In this document: positions 45,602 through 61,684 of the stretch, one piece after another
Layout of the letters: each line of letters starts with the position of its first letter
Position numbering within the stretch: the stretch's first letter is position 1
Assembly: GCA_964016885.1 (NCBI GenBank)
Contig: OZ024740.1
Span: 229,090,001-229,154,000 of the forward strand
Length of the DNA: 64,000 nt
From: Eledone cirrhosa
Lineage: Eukaryota
Direction: 5' to 3'
Notes under the pieces: model-generated
Databases searched by the model: none
What the model was told of the DNA's origin: nothing
What the model saw: only the letters and a program-made list of their open reading frames with translations
Position numbers and translations under genes: made by a program

Positions 45602-45603
<2 letters not shown>
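44260..45603. mobile_element. Large fold-back element (about 620-bp arms) with outward-facing hammerheads (44351-44446 minus; 45494-45591 plus)
   Basis: Arms about 44340-44959 and 44978-45602, flanked by (TA)n on both sides. Motif ACCCC-TTGAGAA-G..helix II..-GAA-ACGGC(CTGAGCTCA)GCCGT-C-GGGGT. Confidence 0.88.
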
Positions 45604-45684
<81 letters not shown>

Positions 45685-45689
45685 GCCCA

Positions 45690-45981
45690 CCCCCTCCCAC
45701 TGTAACGTGGTCGTGTAGGTGTCACGACAGAAAGCACCCAGTTCACACTGTAAAGTGGTCGTGTAGGCGCCACGGAAAAAAAGCACCCAGTACTCACTGT
45801 AAATGAGGTTGGTGTTAGGTAGAGAATCCAGCTGTAGACATCAAGCCCAAATCAGTTCTCGATGACCAAAACATGGTCACCTGACCTGGCCATTGCCCAC
45901 AACAGGACAACCCGCCTAACCCATGCTAGCGTGGAAGAATGGACGTAAAACGGTGATGATATGATGATGATGATGATGACG

Positions 45982-45983
<2 letters not shown>
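45690..45983 (+). mobile_element. Retroposon family C with (GAT)n tail
   Basis: Homologous to 11843-12122 and ends CCATGCTAGCGTGGAAGAATGGACGTAAAACGGTGATGAT... Confidence 0.75.
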
Positions 45984-46013
<30 letters not shown>

Positions 46014-46069
46014 GGAGAGAGAGCGAAAGAGAGAGCGAAAGAGAGAGAGCGAAAGAGAGAGAAAGTGTT

Positions 46070-46263
46070 AGTTCCACAACATATTATCCAACCGTAGTTG
46101 AGAACACGTGTTTCACCCGAAGATTCTTCAAATCCTCCGGGTGAAACACGTGTTCTCCACTATGGTTTGCTAATTTGTTGTGGAACTCCCTCTATAATGA
46201 ACTCATGCTTTGGTCTGAGTTCTCTACCAACCCCGGATAAAAACCTCCCGTTTTTTTTTACCA

Positions 46264-46268
<5 letters not shown>
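46070..46268. mobile_element. Fold-back element with a hammerhead-like core on the minus strand
   Basis: Arms 46070-46124 and 46132-46187. Minus strand reads TTGAAGA-ATC TTCG GGT-GAA-ACACGTGT-T. The 3' end is similar to 46980-47042. Confidence 0.65.
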
Positions 46269-46301
<33 letters not shown>

Positions 46302-46413
46302 TATGTATATATGTATGCAAAAGGCAAACAGAAATAACAAAGCAAACGGCACACCCCAAAGAAGAAATATATTATTAGTTTTATACTTGATATAGTGATA
46401 TAGTAGGAAAGAC

Positions 46414-46450
46414 GTCTTAACATTTCGGACGCTAGTCTTTCATCAGAAAA
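46414..46450 (-). ncRNA. Minimal hammerhead motif
   Basis: TTTT-CTGATGA-AAGAC TAGC GTCC-GAA-ATGT-T-AAGA. Confidence 0.6.
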
Positions 46451-46536
46451 TAGAATGAGAAATTAGAGAAGAAATGGATGGATTGCAGAGACGGGAAAGT
46501 TTTCATATATATATATGTATGTGTGTGTGTGTGTGT

Positions 46537-46579
<43 letters not shown>

Positions 46580-46652
46580 TGGTGTTGGATGCTTAAAGCG
46601 TCCGTATGCGGTAGGCCGTTTGAGCACTCGATGCTCTCATAGAGCAGAGTAT

Positions 46653-46881
46653 GATATCACAATAAAAAAAAGAATCAGTGTTGCGACGAATGGAATTTAT
46701 TGGACATATTACAATCGTTTCTCTGGCGACTAGCTCGAGGCACATCGATGTGATGATCGAGCCTGACTCTGAAAATCGCAAGGTCCTCAGAAACGTCTTG
46801 AATCAAGACGTATCTGAGGACCTTGCGATTGTAATATGTCCAATAAATTCCATTCGTCGCAACACTGATTCTCTTTTTATT

Positions 46882-46887
<6 letters not shown>
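46653..46887. mobile_element. Fold-back element with a hammerhead (46703-46797 minus) and an internally deleted mirror copy
   Basis: Minus strand reads GACGTTT-CTGAGGA-long helix II-GAA-ACGATTGT-A-ATATGTC. The plus-strand copy lacks the segment between two CGATT microhomologies. Confidence 0.78.
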
Positions 46888-46975
<88 letters not shown>

Positions 46976-47053
46976 AAACTAACTCGTCCCTTGGACTGAG
47001 TGCTCTACCACTACGGATATTACCTTTCAGTGTTCCAACACTATATATATATA

Positions 47054-47130
<77 letters not shown>

Positions 47131-47460
47131 ACAGAGAGAGTTTCTGTGATAAAGAAAGTGAATTATAGATAGTGAGTGTGATACAGAAAGAGAAATGACT
47201 GAGAGAGTGAATGATAAAGAGAAGAGATTGGGAGAGAGAATATCTGATAGAGAGAGGGTGATAGGGAGGCGGGTAGAGAGAGAGAGTGTTAGTGAGGGGT
47301 TGATAGGGAGAGTGTGATAGAGAGAGGGTGGTAGAGAGATATGAAGTCCTGCTATGTTTTTCGTTCTAAATGATTACATATTTATATCTGATTATCTATC
47401 AATCTATTAGTCATTTATATGTTCGATAACCTATCTATGTATGTATCTATCTATCTATCT

Positions 47461-49950
47461 GCTTTTCAGCGGTACTTTGTGCGACTGTTTGAGCAGAACG
47501 ACGGTGCACCGAACGGGGCAATGGACTTTGGTTCTTACCTCGACGGCCTGCTGCGTCTCTCGAGCATGGACGCCGAGTTCTGCGAAAGACCGATCACAGC
47601 CACTGGAATACGGGACGCTATGGGCCGCTGGGGGAATCGCAAATCATCCGGTCTAGATGGTCTACCCTATGAGTTTTACATAGGCATGCCGGACTTGTTC
47701 TCTGGCGTCCTCGAAGCCGTCTACTACAATTGGCAGCAGAACGGGACAATTCCCAGTTCTGCAGGCAAGGGCGTAGTAATGCTGATCCGGAAAGACGAGA
47801 ACAAGGGGACGAAATAAACAATTTCAGGCCCATAACTCTGCTCAACACAGAGTTAAAGATTTTGGCCAAGGTGCGAGCAACGAGGTTGGCGCTTGTGGTC
47901 GAAAACCTGGTAGGGAAATCGCAAACGTGTGCAATCCCGACCAGGTCCATACACGACAACCTCTACCTCATGCGATACATCATAGAGAGGGTGGGTAGTA
48001 AATCCGGCTTCGGGGGGGGGGGGGGGCTCTGATCAATTTAGATCAGTCTAAGGCATTCGATAGGGTCGATCATCGATACTTGGAAGGGGTTATCCAGGCG
48101 GCCAGCTTCGGTCCCGTTTTCAGAGGTTGGATCAAGGCGATGCACACCAGCATCTGCTCGAGGGTCAAGGTGAACGGCTACCTATCGGAGCCGTTTGCAA
48201 TCACGCATTCCATTCGACAGGGATGCCCTCTCTCCTCCATTCTGTACGTATTGACTCTAGAGCCACTACTGCGGAAGTTGGAGCTTTTGCAGGGCATCCC
48301 TTTAGAACCGGGACTGCGAAAAGCGGCGTCTGCTTATGCCGACGACATGACGGTAATGGTGTCGAAAACCTCGGAAATCTTGATTTCGGCAACCTACTAC
48401 AGGAATAGGAAAGGTTCACAGGAGCAAAACTGAACCCGGACAAGTCTGTCGGTTTGCAACTCGGAACGTGGATAGGCAAACTGATGCCGTCCGACAGCGT
48501 CGTCGGACGCTGGACGGAAGGACCGGTGAAATTGCTCGGAGTCTGGTTCGGTCCAGACCTCCAGGTAGAGAAAAACTGGAATGAGGCCATGGCCAAGGTA
48601 TTTGCGCTCACCCATAAGTGGGCAGAGTGCAAACTGTCTTTGAAAGGTCGAGAGGAGGTGGCGAACACTTTCATAGCGTCCGTCATCAACTACCGCTTGA
48701 CTGTCGTGCCTTGTCCCCGTGAATACCTCACCAAGATGGAACGCATGCTCTTCCAGTTCCTGTGGAACAAGCAGGCTCCATTGGTGAGGAGATCCGTCTG
48801 CTGTCAACACCCTTCCAACGGAGGGCTGTGCATGCCGCGGCTAATGATGCGCAAACAAGCGCCGAGGCCACGACATCTCCAGGTATTCCTCGCCGACCAA
48901 CCGGTGTGGGCACCGTTTGTGAGACAGGCCTTCCCACAACTTGTATCGCTGATGGAGCTGAAGTCCTGGGTGAAACGAAGACCGAAGAAGATGGGCGCCT
49001 GGAACATTGAATGCGCCCAGGCGCTCACAATCCTCTGGCAAGCGGGCACAGAAATCAGTGAAGACTCCACTTCGACATTCTATAGAGGGTTAGTACTTTA
49101 CAAGTGCGACGATGTGCCCAGGGAGACTCTAGGCGTCGAAGACGACGAGCTCACCAGTCTGTTCGGTAGGACTTTCCGCCCGGGACCTATGGACAACTTC
49201 CAGGGGTCCCTGGCCTGGCAGTGCTACCGAGGAGCTCTACTTGTTCGTGATAAGATCTACAGGCACGGACGCCCCGGCAGGGATCCTTCCAAGAGGACGT
49301 GTCCAAGATGCGAGCAGGACATTGAAACCGTCTTGCACGCAATTGTACACTGCCCGAGCGTAACCGACCTGTGGAACTATGCAGAACAACTGCTGTCGCG
49401 TATGGGACAAATCCAGTTGACTGTCGAGTCCATAGTAAGGATCAAACCGCAGCCTCTTTCAAAAACGAAAGAGGGGCGGTCTTCCTCTGTACAGTGGCTA
49501 TGGTGAAAGAGGTTATATGGTGGACGAGATTGAGAGGATTGAGGACAGATGCCTTTCTCTCCGGACAACAATTGATTCCCTTCTTTAAGTATCACTTTAG
49601 AAGGAGAATCAGAGTGGAGAGAGAGGCACTGTACCCAGTAAATTTACAGAAAGGTGGGTGTATGAAACGAAAATGGCCCGAGTGATTGGGGCTTCTCTGT
49701 TTATAAGCCTGTAGGTAACAGAAGAGAGCAAAAGGAAGAAGGGAACACTTGCACAACACGCTCCTGAAGTTGAGGGTTGTTCTATCGACGGGGTATTAAA
49801 CAACCCATTTGTGGCGCCTCCCTCCTATTGGGGATTTCGATTGTTATAATTGTTTGTTTTTATATTTTTTTACACGACTGTATGTAAAATACTAGGCATT
49901 TGTCTTTGTATCGTCCCCTTTTCTTGTGCGCCCTTGTGGCAAATAAAGAA
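47461..49950 (+). mobile_element. Tx1/L1-clade non-LTR retrotransposon, 5'-truncated, with frameshifted ORF2 (RT plus zinc finger)
   Basis: Motifs KSSGLDGLPYEFY, NFRPITLLNTELKILAK, DQSKAFDRVDH, IRQGCPLS, AYADD, KLLGV and CPRC..ETVLHAIVHC are split over several frames. The 3' end is CCCTTGTGGCAAATAAAG. Flanked by (ATCT)n. Confidence 0.92.
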
Positions 49951-49968
49951 ATATATCTATCTATCTAT

Positions 49969-50396
49969 AAGGATTGAAGGCAAGCACCTTTCTCTCTGGA
50001 CAACACCTTATCCCCTTCTTTAAGTACCACTTCAGAAGGAAGGTGAGAGGGGAAAGAGAGGTGCTACACTCCAGTAAATTCGCTAAAAGGTGGGTGAATG
50101 TGGCGAAAATGGCCCGAGTGAATGGGCCTTCTCTGTATATAAACCTGTAGGTTGAGAAAGATAAACAGAGGGTAGACGGGAACACCTACTAAACGTGTTC
50201 CTGGTGTTGAGGGTTGTTCTATACACGGGGTGTAAAACAACCCCGCAGTAGCGCTACCCTCCCCCCTCATGGGGATTCCAATTGTTTTATTTTTATATAG
50301 TTTATTGTTATTTATCAGTTAAATATTTTATGTAAAACCCCCGCCATCACGTCTTGTAGTGTCCCATGTTTGTACGCCCCTGTGGCAAATAAAGAC
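49969..50396 (+). mobile_element. Second Tx1-like 3' end, followed by (ATCT)n
   Basis: Homologous to 49535-49950 but diverged. Confidence 0.85.
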
Positions 50397-50444
<48 letters not shown>

Positions 50445-50549
50445 GTCAGTCTGTCTATCTGTCTCTGTCGGTCTCTATACATGTATGTCTGTATGTATCT
50501 GCCTGTCTGCCTCTCTGTCTTGTCTTTTTGTCTGCAAATCTCTCACTCC

Positions 50550-55640
<5,091 letters not shown>

Positions 55641-55689
55641 TATGTAAAAGAAACCAAAGAACGCCTACATACTCATACAATTTTTATTT

Positions 55690-55733
55690 GCTGACAATGT
55701 TTCATCCATACAATGGGGCAGGTATCATCAGAG

Positions 55734-55734
<1 letters not shown>
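55690..55734 (-). ncRNA. Hammerhead motif
   Basis: GCT-CTGATGA-(weak helix II)-GAA-ACATTGT-C-AGC followed by AATAAA. Lies in an island between (TA)n tracts. Confidence 0.62.
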
Positions 55735-55775
<41 letters not shown>

Positions 55776-55986
55776 GAACGATCGACTTTCGTCAAATCGG
55801 ACCGAGGGAACAATGTTTCCGTTGGTCTTTCCAATTGCTAATACTATCTATCGGTCGCAACTCCAGGTAGAAGGAGCAACGTGAAATAAAGTATCTTGCT
55901 CAAGGATATAACGCATAGCCTGGTCCAGGAATCGAACTCACAACCTTACGATTGCGAATCCAATTCTCTAACAAGTCAGCCTATAT

Positions 55987-56190
55987 ATAGGAAAATGTAT
56001 GACCCCGACGGCAGAGCTTAAGCCGTTTCGACGGTTATTTCTGGACTATTCAGTCCAGAAATAACCGTCGAAACGGCTTAAGCTCTGCCGTCGGGGTCAT
56101 ACATTTTCCTATTACCTACTCTACTACCTTAAGTATTGACTACTCTGGTGCGTTATGGTCCATCCGGTTCCTTACCACAACTCTTTCGTT
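55987..56190 (+). mobile_element. Perfect fold-back (about 61-bp arms, 4-nt loop) at the 3' end of the 44-45 kb element family
   Basis: Arms 55987-56047 and 56052-56112 carry GAAACGGC..GCCGTCGGGGT. 56110-56190 matches the reverse complement of 44260-44340. Confidence 0.85.
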
Positions 56191-56273
56191 ATATATATAT
56201 ATATATATATATATAGTAATAATAATAAATTTGAAGACTAAAATATAGGATAAGGATAAATATATATCAAATA

Positions 56274-56463
56274 TAATTGTTTCTACTTTAGGCACAAGGC
56301 CAGCAATTATCCAGTGCATTACTGGTACTTTATTTTATCGACCCCGTAAGGATGAAAGGCAAAGTCAACCTCGGCGGGATTTGAACTCAGATCGTAAAGG
56401 GACGTAACTATGCTGCAAAGCATGGCGTCCGACCCTCTACAGATACTGCCAATCCACCGCCCC
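56274..56463 (-). mobile_element. SINE family A, full length
   Basis: Near-consensus copy. Confidence 0.92.
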
Positions 56464-56596
56464 ATATATCATATATAATATATAATATATGTATACATTT
56501 GTCATCTTAATAAGCCTTATTGCGTCTTTACATTTGTCATCTTAATAATCCTTATTGCGTCTTTACGTTTGTCACGGGCGATTGTCACCTCTCATT

Positions 56597-56774
56597 TGCA
56601 GTCATTAGAGAGTCGAACGCCATGCTTTGAGGCATAAAGTTACGGCCCTTTCCATTCTGAGTTCAATTCCCGCCGAGGTTAACTTTGCCTTTCATCCTTA
56701 CGTGGTCGATAAAATAAAGTACCAGTAATGCACTGGGTAATTTGCTGGCCTTGTGCCTAAAGTAGAAACAATTA
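56597..56774 (+). mobile_element. SINE family A
   Basis: Central block and tail. Confidence 0.88.
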
Positions 56775-57045
56775 TATTCTAAGGTCACGAAAAAAGAAAA
56801 CAAAATATGAAAAGAAAGAATAATCCCAGCAACCCCAATCTCCTCCGAATGATGTCTGAGAATTCCTGCAGTGATTTAACAGTAAGCTTTGCAGGATCTA
56901 TCACAAGCAAATCCAAAGACAACGTTTTCGGTTTTTACAATAATTGTTTCTACTTTTGGCACAAGGCCAGCAATTATCTATCAATTATTTGATGAAATAA
57001 AAGGGACAGATAAGACCCCGAAAAACTTTGTCGGAATAAACAAAA

Positions 57046-57233
57046 ATAATTGTTTCTACTTGTTTCACAAGGCCAGCAATTACTCAGTGTATTACTGGTA
57101 CTTTATTTTATCGACCCCCGTAAGGATGAAAGGCAAAGTTAACCTCGGCGGGATATGAACTGAGATTGTAAAGGGACGTAACTATGCTGGAAAACATGCT
57201 CGACCCTCTACCGATACTGCCAATTCACAGCCC
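57046..57233 (-). mobile_element. SINE family A
   Basis: Near-consensus copy that shares its flank with 63632-63880. Confidence 0.88.
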
Positions 57234-57468
57234 TGAAAAAAAAATTATAAACAACCTTCGGCCTCCAGGACGCATGGTAGATCGGTGGTATTTGAATTCA
57301 GACCGTAAAGGGCCGTAACTCTTTGCTGCAAAGCATGGCGTCAGACCCTCTACCGATACTGCCAATCCACCAAAAACCACTGCTTTTACAATAATGCTAC
57401 TAATTCTACTACTACGCTAGTCAATCGGAATAACTTGCTAGTGTATACCATGTTTTCATTAATGGTGT

Positions 57469-57665
57469 TACGAGAGTAGGTTGAAGGGTTCATAGGCTGA
57501 CTATGAAGGAGTGATGCTACAGCTGTGAAATCTTGCATGCATTAATTTCAACTCTTCTTATTAATAACTGCATCGTTTCTTTTAAGAGACTGTTGAAAAA
57601 TAAACCTTATTTGGTCATTCTATGAGAAGAACTTGGTCAGGCTATGAAATTTTCAGCCGACACGA
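57469..57665. mobile_element. Mariner-derived MITE
   Basis: TACGAG.G start and internal sequence shared with 19830-20089 and 58968-59165. Confidence 0.6.
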
Positions 57666-57715
57666 CACATTTATATCTATCTATCTAGCTAGCTAGCTAT
57701 ATATCTATATCTATC

Positions 57716-57778
<63 letters not shown>

Positions 57779-57781
<3 letters not shown>

Positions 57782-57922
57782 CAACTAGAAATTGATTAAC
57801 ATATAAATAAACATATGAAACAATCACAGATGATAATTTGTACAAGTGTGCACACTTTTACAAATTATCCCCTGTGATTGTTTCATATGTTTATTTATAT
57901 AATAATCAATTTCTAGTTGTTA
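57779..57922. repeat. Loop-less imperfect palindrome with about 72-bp arms
   Basis: Centre AAGTGTG|CACACTT; ends TAACAACTAGAAATTGATTA / TAATCAATTTCTAGTTGTTA. Confidence 0.88.
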
Positions 57923-58046
57923 CAAAATGCTCGGACCTATTCATTAGAATCTTAGAGCTTATTTTACGGGTGATATGGCTCATGTCTTTCTGGCATGACA
58001 CCCATAATTTGATTAAGATTAAATTCATTTTGATTTATCTTAATTT

Positions 58047-58083
<37 letters not shown>

Positions 58084-58113
58084 AGATCAAAAGATGGTTA
58101 AAAGAGTTCCATG

Positions 58114-58184
58114 TATTTTATTATGCGCATTTCAAAAACAAATATCATCATGTAATAACATTTGTGTTTTCATCAGATAAAATA
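58114..58184 (-). ncRNA. Type I hammerhead ribozyme, apparently intact
   Basis: TATTTTAT-CTGATGA-AAACACAAATGTTATT ACAT GATGATATTTGTTTTT-GAA-ATGCGCAT-A-ATAAAATA: perfect 8-bp helix I, long helix II and palindromic helix III. Confidence 0.9.
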
Positions 58185-58938
58185 GGAAGATATGATATGA
58201 AGGTTAAAAAACACTTGTGGATAGTGCTTCTTATCCGATATCTGCATTGCAATAATCTGTATTATCCGATATCTGCATTGCAATAATCTGTACTACAATA
58301 AAACTTACCTCCTACATATATATATGGTGGCTGCCAACTCGTTTTCGAGTACGGCCACTACTTTATATCCATGTAGGAGAACCCCTACCGATGCGCTGAA
58401 TGAGTGTGGCTTTTTAGTCCAGCCAGCGACTTGAAAACTCTGGTACAAACACTACACTTGTGACAATTATTGACACATAGTGCTGGGCCAATGGTACCAT
58501 ATGACGACAAGTGCAGAGAGATCTCCAGATACAAAGCAATGCCTGTGCTGTGAAACTTTTATAGTGAGCAAAGGCACTGCACAGAGCCAGTCCCACTCTC
58601 TTAACCAAGATGATATTTGCCAAAAAGAAGAACAAGTCAACATCATTGGATACCATCAGGGTTGCAGGTGTTATATCAGAGTTTTCCTTCTCCTAGAATT
58701 CTGCCTTGACAAAGGCTAAGGGGTCATCTCTCCCGGTGATTTTGGATGGCGATTGACTCTTAAGAGCTCCTTTGCCCTTTGACAGGTTTTGTTTTTAGTC
58801 CTGCAGGATGTCCAAAGTCACCCTCCTCACCAAGAAACCTTGGTGGGGTTGCCAGTTTAGTCGCCAACGACCCGACCATGAGACAGGTTGTACTGGGATA
58901 CATGTTACCAGTAGCACCAACTGGTGACCTGACATAAC

Positions 58939-58967
<29 letters not shown>

Positions 58968-58969
<2 letters not shown>

Positions 58970-59165
58970 CGAGGGTAGTCTGAATAGTTCATAGGCTGAT
59001 TATGAAAGAGTGGTTCTAGAGCTGTGAACTCTTGCATGTATTAATTTCAACTCTTATCAATAATTGCATTGTTTCTTTCCAGGAACTAAGCTGATAACTA
59101 TACCTCATTTGGTCATTCCGTGAGAGTGTCTGAGTGTCTTAATGAGCCTATGAACTTTTCAGCCT
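58968..59165. mobile_element. Mariner-derived MITE
   Basis: TACGAGGGTAGTCTGAATAGTTCATAGGCTGA ... CCTATGAACTTTTCAG. Confidence 0.65.
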
Positions 59166-59193
59166 ATGAACATATATATGTATGTGTGTGTGT

Positions 59194-59327
<134 letters not shown>

Positions 59328-59575
59328 GAGAGAGAGAGGGAGGTGGGGGTAGATAGAGACGTCACTAGATGTAAAGAATTTTTATTGAAACAAATTCAAA
59401 CAAATCTTTCCATTAATTATAATTGTTTCTACGTTAGGCACAAGGCCAGCAATCACCCAGTGCATTACTGGTACTTTATTTTATCGACCCCGTAAGGATG
59501 AAAGGCAAAGTCAACCTCATTTTAGTAGTATTTTAGTCGTGTTTTGTTAGTCCATTAGTGGTAGTAGTATTGTCT

Positions 59576-59896
59576 GTAGGTGTGTGGCTTTGTAGTTAGG
59601 GTATTCAGCTCACGATCGTAAGGACATGAGTTCGATTCCCGGTAGCGCATTGTGTCCTTGAGCAAGACACTTTATTTCACGTTGCTCCAGTTCTCTTAGC
59701 TGACAAAAATGAATTGTACTTGTAATTCAAAGGATCAGCCTTATCTCATATTGTGGTACGTTGAATCTCCCTGAGAACTACTTTAAGGGTACGCGTGTCT
59801 GTGGAATGCTCAGCCACAAGTTAATTAAATGAGCAGGCTGTTTTGGTCAATCGTATCAACTGGAACAATCTTCGTCGTAACCGACGGAGTGCCGTT
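59576..59896 (+). mobile_element. SINE family B (tRNA head plus CORE-like domain), full length
   Basis: A-box TGGCTTTGTAGTTAG, B-box GTTCGATTCCC, then GTGTCCTTGAGCAAGACACTTTATTTCACGTTGCTCCAG. Confidence 0.8.
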
Positions 59897-59959
59897 TTAT
59901 TTTAGTAGTAGTATTATGCTATTTTGTTGTATACAACAGCCCATACATACTCTTATCAT

Positions 59960-60088
59960 GTACACACACACACAAATAAACACACACACACTTACACACA
60001 CACACACCAAACACACACACACACAAACAAACACACACACACAAACAAACACACACGCATACAAACAAACGCACACACACATAAACAA

Positions 60089-60119
<31 letters not shown>

Positions 60120-61652
60120 CAAACACACAAACACACACAATCACACACACACACAAACACACACACACACAAACACACACACACAAACACACACGCACAC
60201 ACAAACACACACACACACAAACACACACAAACAAACACCCACACACACAAACAAACACATACACACAAACAAACAGACACACACACACACACACAAACAT
60301 ACACGCACACAAACAAACGCACACACACACAAACAAACACACACAAACAAACACACACAGATATAAATATATATTGATATATAGAACCACTGACGCACAT
60401 ATACGCATGCACCAAATCACACATGCGTATACACACGCTTGAGTGGTTTATATTTCCCTGAGCTGTGATTTCTACATACACACATGTGCAAATACGTTAT
60501 TTAAGTACACACATACACATACGCAAAGGTTAACACATGCATTCATACACACACACACATTCATGTAAACATGTACACACACATGCACATACATTTATGC
60601 ACTTATGTCAACACATTTAAACACATATGCACACACATTTAAATACATATGCATATATATGCACATGTATGCACATATATACACATGCATGCACATATAT
60701 GCACATATATGTACATGTTTGCAATGTATGCACATGTATGCACATATATACACATGTATGCACACATATACACATGAATGCACATGTATGCACATATATG
60801 TACATGCATGCACATATATACACATGCATGCACATGTATGCACATATATGTAAATATTTGCACATATATGTACATGTTTGCACATATATGCACATGTATG
60901 CACCATATACACATGTATGCACATATATACACATGCATGCACATGTATGCACATATATGTACATGTTTACACATGTATACACATTTATGCACATATATAC
61001 ACATGTATGCACATGTATGCACATATATGTACATGTTTGCAGATATGTGCACATGTATACACATATATGTAATGTATGCACATATATATACACATGCATG
61101 CACATGTATGCACATATATGTACATGTATGCACATATATACACATACATGCACATATATGCACATGTTTGCACATATATGTACGTGTTTGCACATATATG
61201 CATATGTATGCACATACATACACATGCATGCACATCTATGGACCTATATGCACATGTTTGCACATATATGTACATCTTTGCACATATAATATACACATGT
61301 TTGCACATATATACACTTGTATGCACATATATACACATGTATGTACATGTATGCACATGTATGCACATGTATGTACATGCTTGCACACACATTTAGACAT
61401 ATGTGCACGCGTTTACACACATATGCATACACATTGACACATATCCACACATATATACTCACACACATACACGGATTTACGCTCATGTGCACCCATTTAC
61501 ACACATATATGCACACGCAATCATACATATATGCATGCATATTTACACACATATGTTCAAACATTCACGCACACATGCACACATGCATGCACGCACACAT
61601 ATTCACACATATGTACACATATGCACACGTATTTACACACATTCATACATAC

Positions 61653-61684
<32 letters not shown>

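Noticed and set aside
59576-59645. tRNA gene
   Set aside because: The A/B boxes belong to a SINE head followed by a SINE body, and there is no intact cloverleaf. The same applies to the other SINE heads.
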